A stretch of 64,000 bases of DNA from Rickettsiales bacterium (lineage in GTDB: Bacteria; Pseudomonadota; Alphaproteobacteria; Rickettsiales; UBA1997), in assembly GCA_947442475.1 (NCBI GenBank), contig CANEVP010000002.1:14380-78379 (forward strand), in the 5' to 3' direction. This document shows, piece after piece, positions 1 through 8,683 of this stretch. Every line of letters starts with the position of its first letter. Positions within the stretch are counted from its first letter, which is position 1. The notes under the pieces are model-generated. The model did not search any database and was not told where the DNA came from. It saw only the letters and a list, made by a program, of their open reading frames with translations. The position numbers were made by a program, and so were the translations under genes.

Positions 1-748
1 TGATGCTGATTAAATTGGCGTTGCCGCAGCGCTCGCCCAAACCGTTTAAAGTTCCCTGCACTTGGCGTGCACCTGCTTCAACTGCCGCGATTGAATTTGC
101 CACGGCATTTCCGGTGTCGTTGTGGCAGTGAATTCCTAAATTTTCGCCAGGAATAATTTTGGCAACTTCCTTAACGATTTTGCTGATTTCACTAGGCAAA
201 GTTCCGCCATTAGTGTCGCACAAAACAATCCAACGTGCGCCAGCATCAAAAGCGGTTTTAATTGCACGAAGCGCGAATTTTGGATTGGCTTTATAGCCAT
301 CAAAAAAATGTTCGGCGTCAAACATTGCCTCTTTTTTCTTCTTCACGATGTGGGCAATTGAGCCAGAAATCATTTCGAGATTTTCTTTTTCTGAAATGTG
401 CAAAGCGTGTTCAAGATGAAAATCCCAAGTTTTACCAACAATGCAAATCGACTTAACATTGGCATTAATCAAAGCGTTTAGGCCAGCGTCATTGGCGGGA
501 GAGGTGCCATTACGACAAGTCATTCCGAAAGCGGAAAATTGTGATTTTTTTAATTTTGGTAAGTCAGCAAAAAATTCATCATCAGTCGGGTTTGCGCCAG
601 GCCAGCCGCCTTCAATATAATCAATACCAAGGCCATCTAGCACTTTAGAAATTTCAACTTTGTCACGAGAACTAAAATTAACCGTGCTCGTCTGTGCGCC
701 ATCGCGAAGAGTTGAATCGTAAAGGTAAACCCGAGGTTTTTTTGTCAT
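1..748 (-). CDS. cimA: citramalate synthase / 2-isopropylmalate synthase family protein (HMGL-like), N-terminal part; the gene runs off the left edge
   Basis: Absent from the ORF track because there is no stop in the window. My own minus-strand translation from the ATG at 746-748 gives MTKKPRVYLYDSTLRDGAQTSTVNFSSRDKVEISKVLDGLGIDYIEGGWPGANPTDDEFF...IHCHNDTGNAVANSIAAVEAGARQVQGTLNGLGERCGNANL. YDxTLRDGxQ, HxHND and GxGERxGN are LeuA/CimA barrel signatures. IEGGWPGANP fits the CimA-type subfamily, but cimA versus leuA cannot be settled by eye. Confidence 0.7.
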   Translation of the reverse strand, partial: MTKKPRVYLYDSTLRDGAQTSTVNFSSRDKVEISKVLDGLGIDYIEGGWPGANPTDDEFFADLPKLKKSQFSAFGMTCRNGTSPANDAGLNALINANVKSICIVGKTWDFHLEHALHISEKENLEMISGSIAHIVKKKKEAMFDAEHFFDGYKANPKFALRAIKTAFDAGARWIVLCDTNGGTLPSEISKIVKEVAKIIPGENLGIHCHNDTGNAVANSIAAVEAGARQVQGTLNGLGERCGNANLISI

Positions 749-751
749 TTT

Positions 752-1801
752 TTAAACGAAAAATATTGTCATTCCCAGTGCTGCAAAAACTAGCGAGGCA
801 GACCAAAAGGCTCTGACGACTTTCTTTTCACCCCAACCAAGTTTTTCAAAATGGTGGTGCAAAGGCGCCATTAAAAAGATTCTTTTTTTGCGAAGTTTGT
901 AAGAGCCAACTTGCAAAATCACCGAGCAAGCTTCGCAAACAAACAAAATTGAAATTACAAAAAAGACAAATTCTTGTTTGATGATGATGGCAATTAAACC
1001 AAGGGCAGAGCCAATCGCCAGACTTCCGACATCACCCATGAAAATTTTTGCCGGCTTTAAGTTAAAAGTTAAAAAAGCCAAAATCGCGCCAATTAAAGTG
1101 AAGCAGAAGAAAATTAATTCGCGGGTATTTTCGATATTTGGTGCGTGAAAATCTTTGGCCAAATTGGCGTCAGTTGCGACAAAAATCAAAACCGCCAAGC
1201 AAGCCGCATTAATAATTGCAGGCACTGAAACCAGGCCGTCAAGACCATCGGTGAGGTTCACCGCGTTGGAAGTTCCAACAATTACGAAAGTTACAAATAA
1301 AACGTAAAGCACGATTCCTAATGAAATCCAATGCCCATCGCCAATTGGCAAAAAGACGCGATTTTTTAAATGCACCGTATCAACAGTTCCAAGCCACAAA
1401 AATGCCGCGCCAATAATGACAAATTGAATGACGATTTTTACGCTACCGCGAAAACCATTAGGATTATTGTAGAGCACTTTCATCAAGTCGTCCGTAAGGC
1501 CGATGGCAGAAAAAGAAATGAAAACAAAAAGTGTAACCCAGATGTAAGAATTGCTAAGATCAAGAAAGAGTAGGGTTGAAAGTAGGGTGGAGAGCACAAT
1601 AAAAATTCCGCCCATGGTTGGCGTTTTCTTTTTAGCTAGATGGGTTGCGGGTCCGTCAGAGCGGATCGGTTGAAATAGTTGTTTTGCGGTGACGAAGGAA
1701 ATGAATTTTTTGGTGGAAAAAAATCCGATCAAATAAGCGCAAAAAAGGCAGACTAAAGATTTTAGCCAAAAATTTTGCAGCAGAGCTAAGCTAGTGAACA
1801 T
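752..1801 (-). CDS. mraY: phospho-N-acetylmuramoyl-pentapeptide transferase
   Basis: 349-aa polytopic membrane protein with NAVNLTDGLDGL, MGDVGSLAIGSALG and APLHHHFE motifs. It overlaps the murF stop by 11 nt. Confidence 0.95.
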   Translation of the reverse strand: MFTSLALLQNFWLKSLVCLFCAYLIGFFSTKKFISFVTAKQLFQPIRSDGPATHLAKKKTPTMGGIFIVLSTLLSTLLFLDLSNSYIWVTLFVFISFSAIGLTDDLMKVLYNNPNGFRGSVKIVIQFVIIGAAFLWLGTVDTVHLKNRVFLPIGDGHWISLGIVLYVLFVTFVIVGTSNAVNLTDGLDGLVSVPAIINAACLAVLIFVATDANLAKDFHAPNIENTRELIFFCFTLIGAILAFLTFNLKPAKIFMGDVGSLAIGSALGLIAIIIKQEFVFFVISILFVCEACSVILQVGSYKLRKKRIFLMAPLHHHFEKLGWGEKKVVRAFWSASLVFAALGMTIFFV

Positions 1802-3206
1802 TGATTTTGTCGGTTAGTTTTTCGATTAATTTTTCCATTTTTGTGCCGCGCGAACCTTTGACGTAGAGAATGTCGCCATCTTGCAAAATCCCTTCAATTT
1901 CAAGGCTTGCGGTAGTGGAATCTAAAAAAGTTTTGTAAGAATTTTTTGTCAGTTTTTTTGCAGCTTCAGTCATTTTTTCACCAACCAAAATCGCAAAATT
2001 AATTTCGAATTCTTTTAAATAATTTGTGATCTCTTCGTGCAATTCAACTGATTTCTCACCCAGTTCTAGCATGTCGCCGAGCGCCGCGACAACTCTTTTT
2101 TTCTTTAATGCAGTTTTTAATTCTGTTGCATATTCAAGCCCGGCGCGCATTGAAAGCACGCTGGCATTGTAGCTGTCGTCAATAATAGTGATTTTTTTAT
2201 TTTGAAAAATTACCTCAAAAGCCATACCGCGACCCGCAGTGTCGGAGATATTTTGTAAAGTTTCTAGTCCAATTTTGGGATTGCTGGTTAAAATATCCAA
2301 ACATCCGGCGACAATTGCAGAATTGAAAATTGCAGTTTTGCTGGCCGTTGAAATTGAGTAAGAAATTTTCTCGCCGTTTTTTAGTTTCAAGAAAATCTCA
2401 GCCTTGTCCACCGCCTTGATTTGAGTGCTTTCAATTGAGTAAGTGCTTTGCGGATTTTTACCAAAACTCAAAACATCTTCTTCCCAAATTCCGCAAATTT
2501 CGGCGCGCTTTTTTAAGAAATTAAAATGCAAATTGTCGCGATTAATTAGCACAATTCCCCCGCTTTCAAGACCTACAAAAATTTCAGATTTGGCGAGCGC
2601 GATTTCTTCTTCGTTTTTAAAAAATTCAATGTGCACCGGCCCAACATTGGTAATCACCGCAAGGTGGGGACGTGCTAAGCGCGAGAGTGGCTCGATTTCG
2701 TTTAAGTGATTCATTCCCATTTCGAAAATGCCAAAGGCACAATCGGCAGAAAAATTGCAGAGCGAAAGTGGCAAACCAATGTGGTTGTTGAGATTTCCTT
2801 GGGTGGCAAAAGTTTTGCCGTAAGCAGAAAATGCCAGTTTCAACATTTCTTTGGTGCCGGTTTTGCCAACTGATCCGGTAATTGCGATGATTTTTGCGGA
2901 GCTTCTTTTGCGCGAAAATTCAGCAAGTTTGTAAAGCGCGACAAAAGTGTTTTTGACCAAAATAAAATCGGCATCTTTTACTTTTGATGAATCTTGCACC
3001 AACAAAGCTAAGCAGCCATTGGCGCGGGCTTGATCTAAAAAATCGTGAGCATCATTTTTGTCGCCTTTAATTGCTAAAAATAATCCACTTTTTGGAGTTT
3101 TGCGACTGTCGATTACGACTTCGTCAATTTCTAAATTGTCTGGTAATTTGTGGTTTAGAAGCTCTTCGGATAAGGCTTCTAAGAGTTCGTGTTTGGTCCA
3201 AAGCAT
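1791..3206 (-). CDS. murF: UDP-N-acetylmuramoyl-tripeptide--D-alanyl-D-alanine ligase
   Basis: 471-aa Mur ligase with P-loop ITGSVGKTGTKEM and the DDSYNAS motif, directly upstream of mraY. Confidence 0.9.
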   Translation of the reverse strand: MLWTKHELLEALSEELLNHKLPDNLEIDEVVIDSRKTPKSGLFLAIKGDKNDAHDFLDQARANGCLALLVQDSSKVKDADFILVKNTFVALYKLAEFSRKRSSAKIIAITGSVGKTGTKEMLKLAFSAYGKTFATQGNLNNHIGLPLSLCNFSADCAFGIFEMGMNHLNEIEPLSRLARPHLAVITNVGPVHIEFFKNEEEIALAKSEIFVGLESGGIVLINRDNLHFNFLKKRAEICGIWEEDVLSFGKNPQSTYSIESTQIKAVDKAEIFLKLKNGEKISYSISTASKTAIFNSAIVAGCLDILTSNPKIGLETLQNISDTAGRGMAFEVIFQNKKITIIDDSYNASVLSMRAGLEYATELKTALKKKRVVAALGDMLELGEKSVELHEEITNYLKEFEINFAILVGEKMTEAAKKLTKNSYKTFLDSTTASLEIEGILQDGDILYVKGSRGTKMEKLIEKLTDKINVH

Positions 3207-3210
3207 ATTT

Positions 3211-4152
3211 TTAAAGTAAGTTTTTTAACTCTTCTGACTCAAATCGAGCACCAAATTTTTGAATGATTTTAGAGGCAACAAGATTGCCAAAATCTGCAGA
3301 TTTTTCTAAACCAAAATCATTTACCAAGCCGTGAAGGAAGCCAGCAGCAAAAGCATCTCCGGCGCCTGTTGTGTCGATTAATTTTTCAATTTTTTGAGCG
3401 GGGCTCGCAAAAGATTTTCCGCTAGAAAAAACCTCGCAGCCTTTCTCAGCTTTTGTCACAATTGTGATTAAATTTTTATTTTCGGCAAATGTTGCGGCAA
3501 GCTCCAAAGCCTCGGCTTCATTGGCAAAAAGGATGTCGAGGTCGTTACGAACCAACTCAATAAAATCGGCTTTGTGACGAGAAACGCAGAAAGAATCAGA
3601 AAGCGAAAAAGCAACTTTTACGCCATTTTTTTTAGCAAAAGAAATGGCTTTTTTTAGTGCTAAAATTGTTTTTGGCGCGTCCCACAAATATCCTTCTAGA
3701 TATAGAATTGACGCATCTTTGAAGCTGGTTTCAACAATGTCATCTTCGGTGATCTCAGAAGCACATCCCAAAAATGTCGACATTGTTCTTTGGGCGTCAG
3801 GGGTAACTAAAATAAAAGATTTTGCCGTTGGTTTTTGGTGATTTTTGTTACTGAAAAAATCAGTGCCGGTTTTTTCAATTTCGCTAATAAATTTTAGTCC
3901 GAATTCATCGTCACCAACTTTGCCAATGAAAGTGGTTTTACATCCCAACTGCGCCAGTGCGGCAATGGTGTTTCCGGCAGATCCGCCAGAAGTTATTTTT
4001 TCTGATTTCAGGGCCGATAAATTTTGCGCCGTGGCGTCGTCAATTAGCGACATTGAGTTTTTGATTAAACCATTTTTTTTCAAAAATGAGTCGTCAACTT
4101 TGCACAAAATATCGACGATCGCATTGCCAATTCCGATTATTTTTTTGGTCAT
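3211..4152 (-). CDS. PfkB-family carbohydrate/nucleoside kinase (adenosine-kinase-like)
   Basis: IIGIGNAIVDIL near the N-terminus, GGSAGNT, and the C-terminal DTTGAGDAFAAGFLHGL PfkB signature. The ORF-track start at 4203 lies inside a palindromic repeat (MLQQAQHDIEV...), so I trimmed to the ATG at 4152 (MTKKIIGIG). Confidence 0.7.
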   Translation of the reverse strand: MTKKIIGIGNAIVDILCKVDDSFLKKNGLIKNSMSLIDDATAQNLSALKSEKITSGGSAGNTIAALAQLGCKTTFIGKVGDDEFGLKFISEIEKTGTDFFSNKNHQKPTAKSFILVTPDAQRTMSTFLGCASEITEDDIVETSFKDASILYLEGYLWDAPKTILALKKAISFAKKNGVKVAFSLSDSFCVSRHKADFIELVRNDLDILFANEAEALELAATFAENKNLITIVTKAEKGCEVFSSGKSFASPAQKIEKLIDTTGAGDAFAAGFLHGLVNDFGLEKSADFGNLVASKIIQKFGARFESEELKNLL

Positions 4153-4172
4153 TTTATTTATTTTATTAATCA

Positions 4173-4257
4173 CCTCGATGTCATGCTGAGCCTGCTGAAG
4201 CATGATTCAGGGGCGTGCCCAGAATCATGCTTCGACAGGCTCAGCATGACATCGAGG
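4173..4257. repeat. palindromic element, copy A (subfamily variant)
   Basis: cctcgatgtcatgctgagcctgctgaagcatgattc (4173-4208) against the reverse complement of 4222-4257 matches 34/36, with a 13-nt spacer aggggcgtgccca. Same layout as copies B and C, but with tcatgc/gcatga where they have tcaccc/gggtga. Confidence 0.85.
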
Positions 4258-4267
4258 GTTTATTAAG

Positions 4268-5494
4268 TTAGGATACGTTAATTTTAAAAAACTTTTTCTT
4301 ACCAACTGCCAAATCAAATTTGCCAATTTCTTTAATCGCAAGCTGCACCTCTAAAACCGCGTCACCGTTGATTTTAACTGCTTTGCCTTCAATTAGTTTT
4401 TTGGCTTCACCATTTGATTCAACTGCGCCGATTTCTTTCAAGATTTCGATTAGTTTTTTGCTGCCATCTGCGCCCAAAGAAATTTCTCTCTCTTCAAAAG
4501 CTGCAGAATTTTTTGCCACAAAAATCTCGCGCGCTTTTTGCAAAACTTCATTTGCCGACTTTTCGCCGTGACAGATTTTAACTGCTTCAAAAGCTAGAAT
4601 CTCTTTGGCTTTGTTGATTTCTTGGTCTTTTAGTTTTTCTAAGTTCTCGATTTCTTCCAAACTTAAATCAGTAAATAATTTTAAAAATTTACCCACGTCA
4701 GCATCGTGAGTATTTCTGAAATATTGAAAATAATCGAAAGGTGAGAGCATCGTTTCATCTAACCAAACCGCGCCGTCAGATGTTTTGCCCATTTTCTTGC
4801 CGTCAGCGGTTGTAAGTAAAGGTGAGGTTAATCCAAAAGCATCTTTAGCAGCAACTCGGCGGGTTAATTCCACGCCATTAACAATATTTCCCCATTGATC
4901 GGATCCGCCAATTTGTAAGCGGCAATTATGGTTTTTGTTTAGCTCGTAAAAGTCGTAAGCTTGCAAAATCATGTAGTTGAATTCGAGAAAGCTTAAAGGT
5001 TGCTCGCGCTCTAGTCGTGTTTTTACCGAATCGAAAGTTAGCATGCGATTGATCGAAAAATGGCGGCCGATGTCGCGGAGGAATTCTAGGTAATTTAGGT
5101 TTTTTAGCCAGTCGTCGTTATTGACTAAAACCGCAGCTGATGAGCCTTCAAAGCTGATAAATTTTTCTAAAGTTTTTCTAATTCCGGCAAGATTTTCAGC
5201 GATTTTTTCTTCAGTTAAAACTTGGCGCGCTTCATCTTTTCCACTCGGATCGCCAATTTTTGTGGTGCCGCCGCCAAGCAAAACCAAAGGTTTGTGGCCG
5301 TGTTTTTGTAGTAGGCGCAAAATCATGATTTGAATCAAGCTTCCGGCGTGCAGCGATTTTGCGGTGCAGTCAAAGCCAATGTAGGCGGTGACTTGCTCTT
5401 TGGCAAAAATTTGGTCAAGTTCGTCGGCGTGAGTTGCTTGAGCAAAAAATCCGCGCGCGAAAAATTCACGCAAAAATTCTGATTTAAAGTTCAT
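4268..5494 (-). CDS. tyrS: tyrosine--tRNA ligase
   Basis: Class I aaRS with GFDCTAKSLHAGSL (HIGH region), KMGKTS (KMSKS) and a C-terminal S4-like domain (GEAKKLIEGKAVKINGD). Confidence 0.9.
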   Translation of the reverse strand: MNFKSEFLREFFARGFFAQATHADELDQIFAKEQVTAYIGFDCTAKSLHAGSLIQIMILRLLQKHGHKPLVLLGGGTTKIGDPSGKDEARQVLTEEKIAENLAGIRKTLEKFISFEGSSAAVLVNNDDWLKNLNYLEFLRDIGRHFSINRMLTFDSVKTRLEREQPLSFLEFNYMILQAYDFYELNKNHNCRLQIGGSDQWGNIVNGVELTRRVAAKDAFGLTSPLLTTADGKKMGKTSDGAVWLDETMLSPFDYFQYFRNTHDADVGKFLKLFTDLSLEEIENLEKLKDQEINKAKEILAFEAVKICHGEKSANEVLQKAREIFVAKNSAAFEEREISLGADGSKKLIEILKEIGAVESNGEAKKLIEGKAVKINGDAVLEVQLAIKEIGKFDLAVGKKKFFKINVS

Positions 5495-5573
5495 TTTGAG
5501 GGATTAGTTTTTTTAAAAAAAAGATAAAAAAATTATCGAAATCGCGCCTCAATTAAGCAATCCAAATTTACAA

Positions 5574-6407
5574 ATGAACATTGAAGAAAAACAGAAAGTC
5601 ACCTCCGAGTGGTTTCAAAATTTACGCGACATGATTTGCGCTGAGTTTGAAAAAATTGAAGTGGAATTTGGCGAGAAAAATCCTGGCAAGTTTGTTCGTA
5701 AACACTGGGATCGCGAAGGTGGCGGCTCGGGTGAAATGTCTTTGATGAAAGGCAATGTTTTTGAAAAAGTTGGAGTGAATTTTTCGAAAGTTCATGGCGA
5801 TTTTAGTCAAGAATTTGCGGCGCAAATTCCTGGTGCAGAAGTAAATCCTAAATTTTGGGCTAGTGGCATTTCCTTAGTGGCGCACATGAAATCTCCTTTA
5901 GTTCCAGCGGTTCACATTAATACGCGTTTTATTTGTACCCAGAAAAATTGGTTTGGTGGCGGCGCAGATTTAAATCCAATGTTTGAAGTTGAAGAAGATA
6001 CTGCAGCTTTTCACGCAGCCTTTAAAGGCGCTTGCGACAAGGCGCATATTGAGTATTACGATAAATTCAAAAAATGGTGTGACGAATATTTTTTCATCAA
6101 ACACCGCAATTGCGCCCGCGGCGTTGGGGGAATTTTTTACGATTACCTCAACACCGATAATTTTGAAAATGATTTTGAATTTACCCGCAATGTTGGGCTG
6201 GCTTTTTTAGATATTTTTCCAAGACTGGTGAGAAATCACATGTTTAAGAAATACAGCGACGAACAGCGCGAACATCAATTAGTTAAGCGCGGGCTTTATG
6301 CTGAGTTCAACTTGGTTTACGATCGTGGAACAAAATTTGGATTAATGACTGGAGGCAATACAGAAGCGATTTTGATGTCTTTGCCGCCAGTTGCGAAATG
6401 GAATTAA
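5574..6407 (+). CDS. hemF: oxygen-dependent coproporphyrinogen-III oxidase
   Basis: Collinear with HemF: WDREGGGSGEMSLMKGNVFEKVGVNFSKVHG, KKWCDEYFFIKHRNCARGVGGIFYD, GTKFGLMTGGNTEAILMSLPP. Confidence 0.9.
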   Translation: MNIEEKQKVTSEWFQNLRDMICAEFEKIEVEFGEKNPGKFVRKHWDREGGGSGEMSLMKGNVFEKVGVNFSKVHGDFSQEFAAQIPGAEVNPKFWASGISLVAHMKSPLVPAVHINTRFICTQKNWFGGGADLNPMFEVEEDTAAFHAAFKGACDKAHIEYYDKFKKWCDEYFFIKHRNCARGVGGIFYDYLNTDNFENDFEFTRNVGLAFLDIFPRLVRNHMFKKYSDEQREHQLVKRGLYAEFNLVYDRGTKFGLMTGGNTEAILMSLPPVAKWN

Positions 6408-6408
6408 A

Positions 6409-7128
6409 ATGCAAAAACTAGAAAAAATTTACGAAGGAAAAGCCAAGCAACTTTTTAAAACCGCTGACGACAATTTGTTGATCCAGTTTTTTAAAGACGA
6501 TGCGACCGCGTTTAACGGCGAGAAGAAAGAAACTATTATGGGAAAAGGTGTTTTAAATAACCTGATCTCAGAGTATATCATGCTTGTAATGGCAGCCGCT
6601 GGGATTCCAACGCACTTTGAAAAAAGACTAAGCGAGCGTGAGCAGTTGATTCGCAAGGTTACAATTATTCCTTTGGAAGTTATCGTGCGTAATATCGCCG
6701 CTGGTTCAATGGCGAAGCGCCTTGGCATTGCTGAAGGCTTGGAATTACTAGCGCCGGTTTTTGAAATTTGTTTGAAAGATGACGCGCTTGGCGATCCTTT
6801 AATTAACGACGATCACGCGGTTAATGTTTTGAAAGTTGTGACAAAAGAGCAGCTTGAAGAAATCAAAAAACAGACTCTAAAAATTAACCAAATTTTACAG
6901 ACAATGTTTAAAAAAATTGGTATCAAACTCGTTGATTTTAAGATCGAATTTGGGTTTGATGCGCAAAAAAATATCGTGTTAGCTGACGAGATCAGCCCTG
7001 ATAGCTGTAGACTTTGGGACGAACAAACTTCAGAAAAAATGGACAAGGATCGCTTCAGAAGAAATTTGGGCGGTTTGGTTGAGGCTTACTCTGAAGTGGC
7101 TTCGCGTTTAGGAATTAAAATTAATTAA
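6409..7128 (+). CDS. purC: phosphoribosylaminoimidazole-succinocarboxamide (SAICAR) synthase
   Basis: LYEGKAK-type N-terminus (IYEGKAKQLF), IPLEVIVRNIAAGS, LADEISPDSCRLWD. Start moved to the ATG at 6409, just after the hemF stop. Confidence 0.9.
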   Translation: MQKLEKIYEGKAKQLFKTADDNLLIQFFKDDATAFNGEKKETIMGKGVLNNLISEYIMLVMAAAGIPTHFEKRLSEREQLIRKVTIIPLEVIVRNIAAGSMAKRLGIAEGLELLAPVFEICLKDDALGDPLINDDHAVNVLKVVTKEQLEEIKKQTLKINQILQTMFKKIGIKLVDFKIEFGFDAQKNIVLADEISPDSCRLWDEQTSEKMDKDRFRRNLGGLVEAYSEVASRLGIKIN

Positions 7129-7130
7129 TC

Positions 7131-7373
7131 ATGAAAATCAGAATTCTAATCTCTCTAAAAAAAGGCGTTTTGGATACTCAGGGCAAAGCCATTGAAAATT
7201 CTTTGAATAAAAATTTGGGCTTTCCGCAAATCTCGCAAGTTAGACAAGGCAAGGTTGTAGAGCTAGAAATTGCTGAAACTGATCCAGCCAAAATCCAAGC
7301 GATTGTTGATGAAATTTGCGACAAGCTTTTGGTGAATAAAATTATCGAGAACTACACTTACGAGGCCATTTAA
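7131..7373 (+). CDS. purS: phosphoribosylformylglycinamidine synthase subunit PurS
   Basis: 80-aa protein between purC and purQ with the typical VLDTQGKAIENSL motif. Confidence 0.85.
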   Translation: MKIRILISLKKGVLDTQGKAIENSLNKNLGFPQISQVRQGKVVELEIAETDPAKIQAIVDEICDKLLVNKIIENYTYEAI

Positions 7374-8053
7374 TGAGATCAGCAGTAATTACATTTCCTG
7401 GTTCAAATTGTGATCGCGACGCTTTAGGCGCGCTTCAAAAAATCGGCAGCAAAGTGCAAAAAGTTTGGTACCAAGAAACCAAACTTGATGACAATTTAGA
7501 TTTAATCATTGTGCCGGGTGGATTTTCTTACGGCGACTATTTGCGCTCGGGTGCGATGGCGGCGATTTCTCCCGTGATGCAAGAAGTGAAAAGACTTTCA
7601 CAAAAAGGCGTGCGTGTTTTGGGAATTTGCAACGGCTTTCAAATTTTGACTGAAGCTGGGTTACTTCCAGGTGTTTTGCTTCGTAACAAAAAAATTAAAT
7701 TCATCTGCCGCGAAGTTACTTTGCGTGTGGAAAATTCTGAAACAGCATTCACCAAAAAATATAAAAAAGGTCAGGTGGTGAGATATCCGATCGCTCACAT
7801 GGATGGCAATTATTTTGCTGAAACTGAAGTTTTGAAAGCGCTTGAAGGCAACGGCAATATTGCTTTTCGTTATGTTGATGCAGAAGGAAATTTGAGTGAT
7901 GAGTCTAATCCAAATGGCTCGGCTTTAAATATTGCTGGAATTTTTAACGATCAGAGAAATGTGCTTGGCATGATGCCGCATCCAGAAAGAGCAACCGATG
8001 AAGATACCGGATCGAGCGACGGCTCGGCGCTTTTTGAAGCTTTGATTGGGTAG
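7373..8053 (+). CDS. purQ: phosphoribosylformylglycinamidine synthase, glutaminase subunit PurQ
   Basis: Class I glutamine amidotransferase with FPGSNCDRD, catalytic GICNGFQ and MMPHPER. Its start overlaps the purS stop. Confidence 0.9.
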   Translation: MRSAVITFPGSNCDRDALGALQKIGSKVQKVWYQETKLDDNLDLIIVPGGFSYGDYLRSGAMAAISPVMQEVKRLSQKGVRVLGICNGFQILTEAGLLPGVLLRNKKIKFICREVTLRVENSETAFTKKYKKGQVVRYPIAHMDGNYFAETEVLKALEGNGNIAFRYVDAEGNLSDESNPNGSALNIAGIFNDQRNVLGMMPHPERATDEDTGSSDGSALFEALIG

Positions 8054-8070
8054 ACATTTTTGCATAAAAA

Positions 8071-8112
8071 ACTCGGTTATCATGATGAGTCTGTCGAGGC
8101 ATGATAACCGAG
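8071..8112. terminator. hairpin between convergent purQ and lptE, related to one arm of the palindromic element
   Basis: 14-bp stem actcggttatcatg/catgataaccgagt. The 14-nt loop atgagtctgtcgag contains tgagtctgtcgag, which matches 11/13 with the arm-internal loop tgagcctgtcgaa of the elements. Confidence 0.65.
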
Positions 8113-8119
8113 TCCGCTC

Positions 8120-8683
8120 TTACTTATTCAGTGGACAAACAAATTCCTTATCTTTCGCTTTCACTCTTTGATCGCACTTCTTCTTCAATTCAATAAAATC
8201 ATTAACCAGCGAGTTTCGCGTATTTTGTGCGGCGATTCTGGTTAAATTGGTGCGCACATAATTTTCCGCAGTGTAAGAGCCATAACGGTTAGAGCTGACA
8301 TCGTAGTTGTCGTTAACTGAAGTATGTCCCTCAGAAATTGTTTCGGCGGTACTGAGATTTTTTAGCACATAAGCAACATTGAGAGTAATTTTATTACGTC
8401 CAGACGAACCGGTAATGGTAATGAAGGTTGGCGAAATTACTTCGGCGAGAGTCAGGGTTAGAAAATATTTAGGCTCAACTTTGACGTAGTCAGGATTGAT
8501 GACGTCGTAAAGATTGTTTTGTAATTCTTGATTAATGCGAGTGCGGTTTTTTTGAATGCGAATTGCCGCTAGTTCGTTGGTGTAAGAAATATCTGAACTC
8601 TGGTCATTTTCTTTGTAGATCAATTGAAAGCCGCAGGAAGAAAGACTTAAAAGCAGAAATATTGTTAGAAATTTTCTAAGCAT
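8120..8683 (-). CDS. lptE: LPS-assembly lipoprotein LptE-like
   Basis: The signal peptide plus lipobox ([21 protein letters not shown]) followed by CGFQL resembles the start of LptE/RlpB, and the length (about 187 aa) fits. The ORF-track start at 8737 would overlap pyrG, so I trimmed to the ATG at 8683. The family call is tentative. Confidence 0.5.
   Translation of the reverse strand: MLRKFLTIFLLLSLSSCGFQLIYKENDQSSDISYTNELAAIRIQKNRTRINQELQNNLYDVINPDYVKVEPKYFLTLTLAEVISPTFITITGSSGRNKITLNVAYVLKNLSTAETISEGHTSVNDNYDVSSNRYGSYTAENYVRTNLTRIAAQNTRNSLVNDFIELKKKCDQRVKAKDKEFVCPLNK

Noticed and set aside
5495-5573. CtrA-type TTAA-N7-TTAA boxes or DnaA boxes in this and other divergent intergenic regions (also 11840-11964, 24663-24874)
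   Set aside because: Only partial half-sites were seen by eye (for example ttaagcaatccaaat), with no full match. In AT-rich DNA such near-matches are expected by chance.
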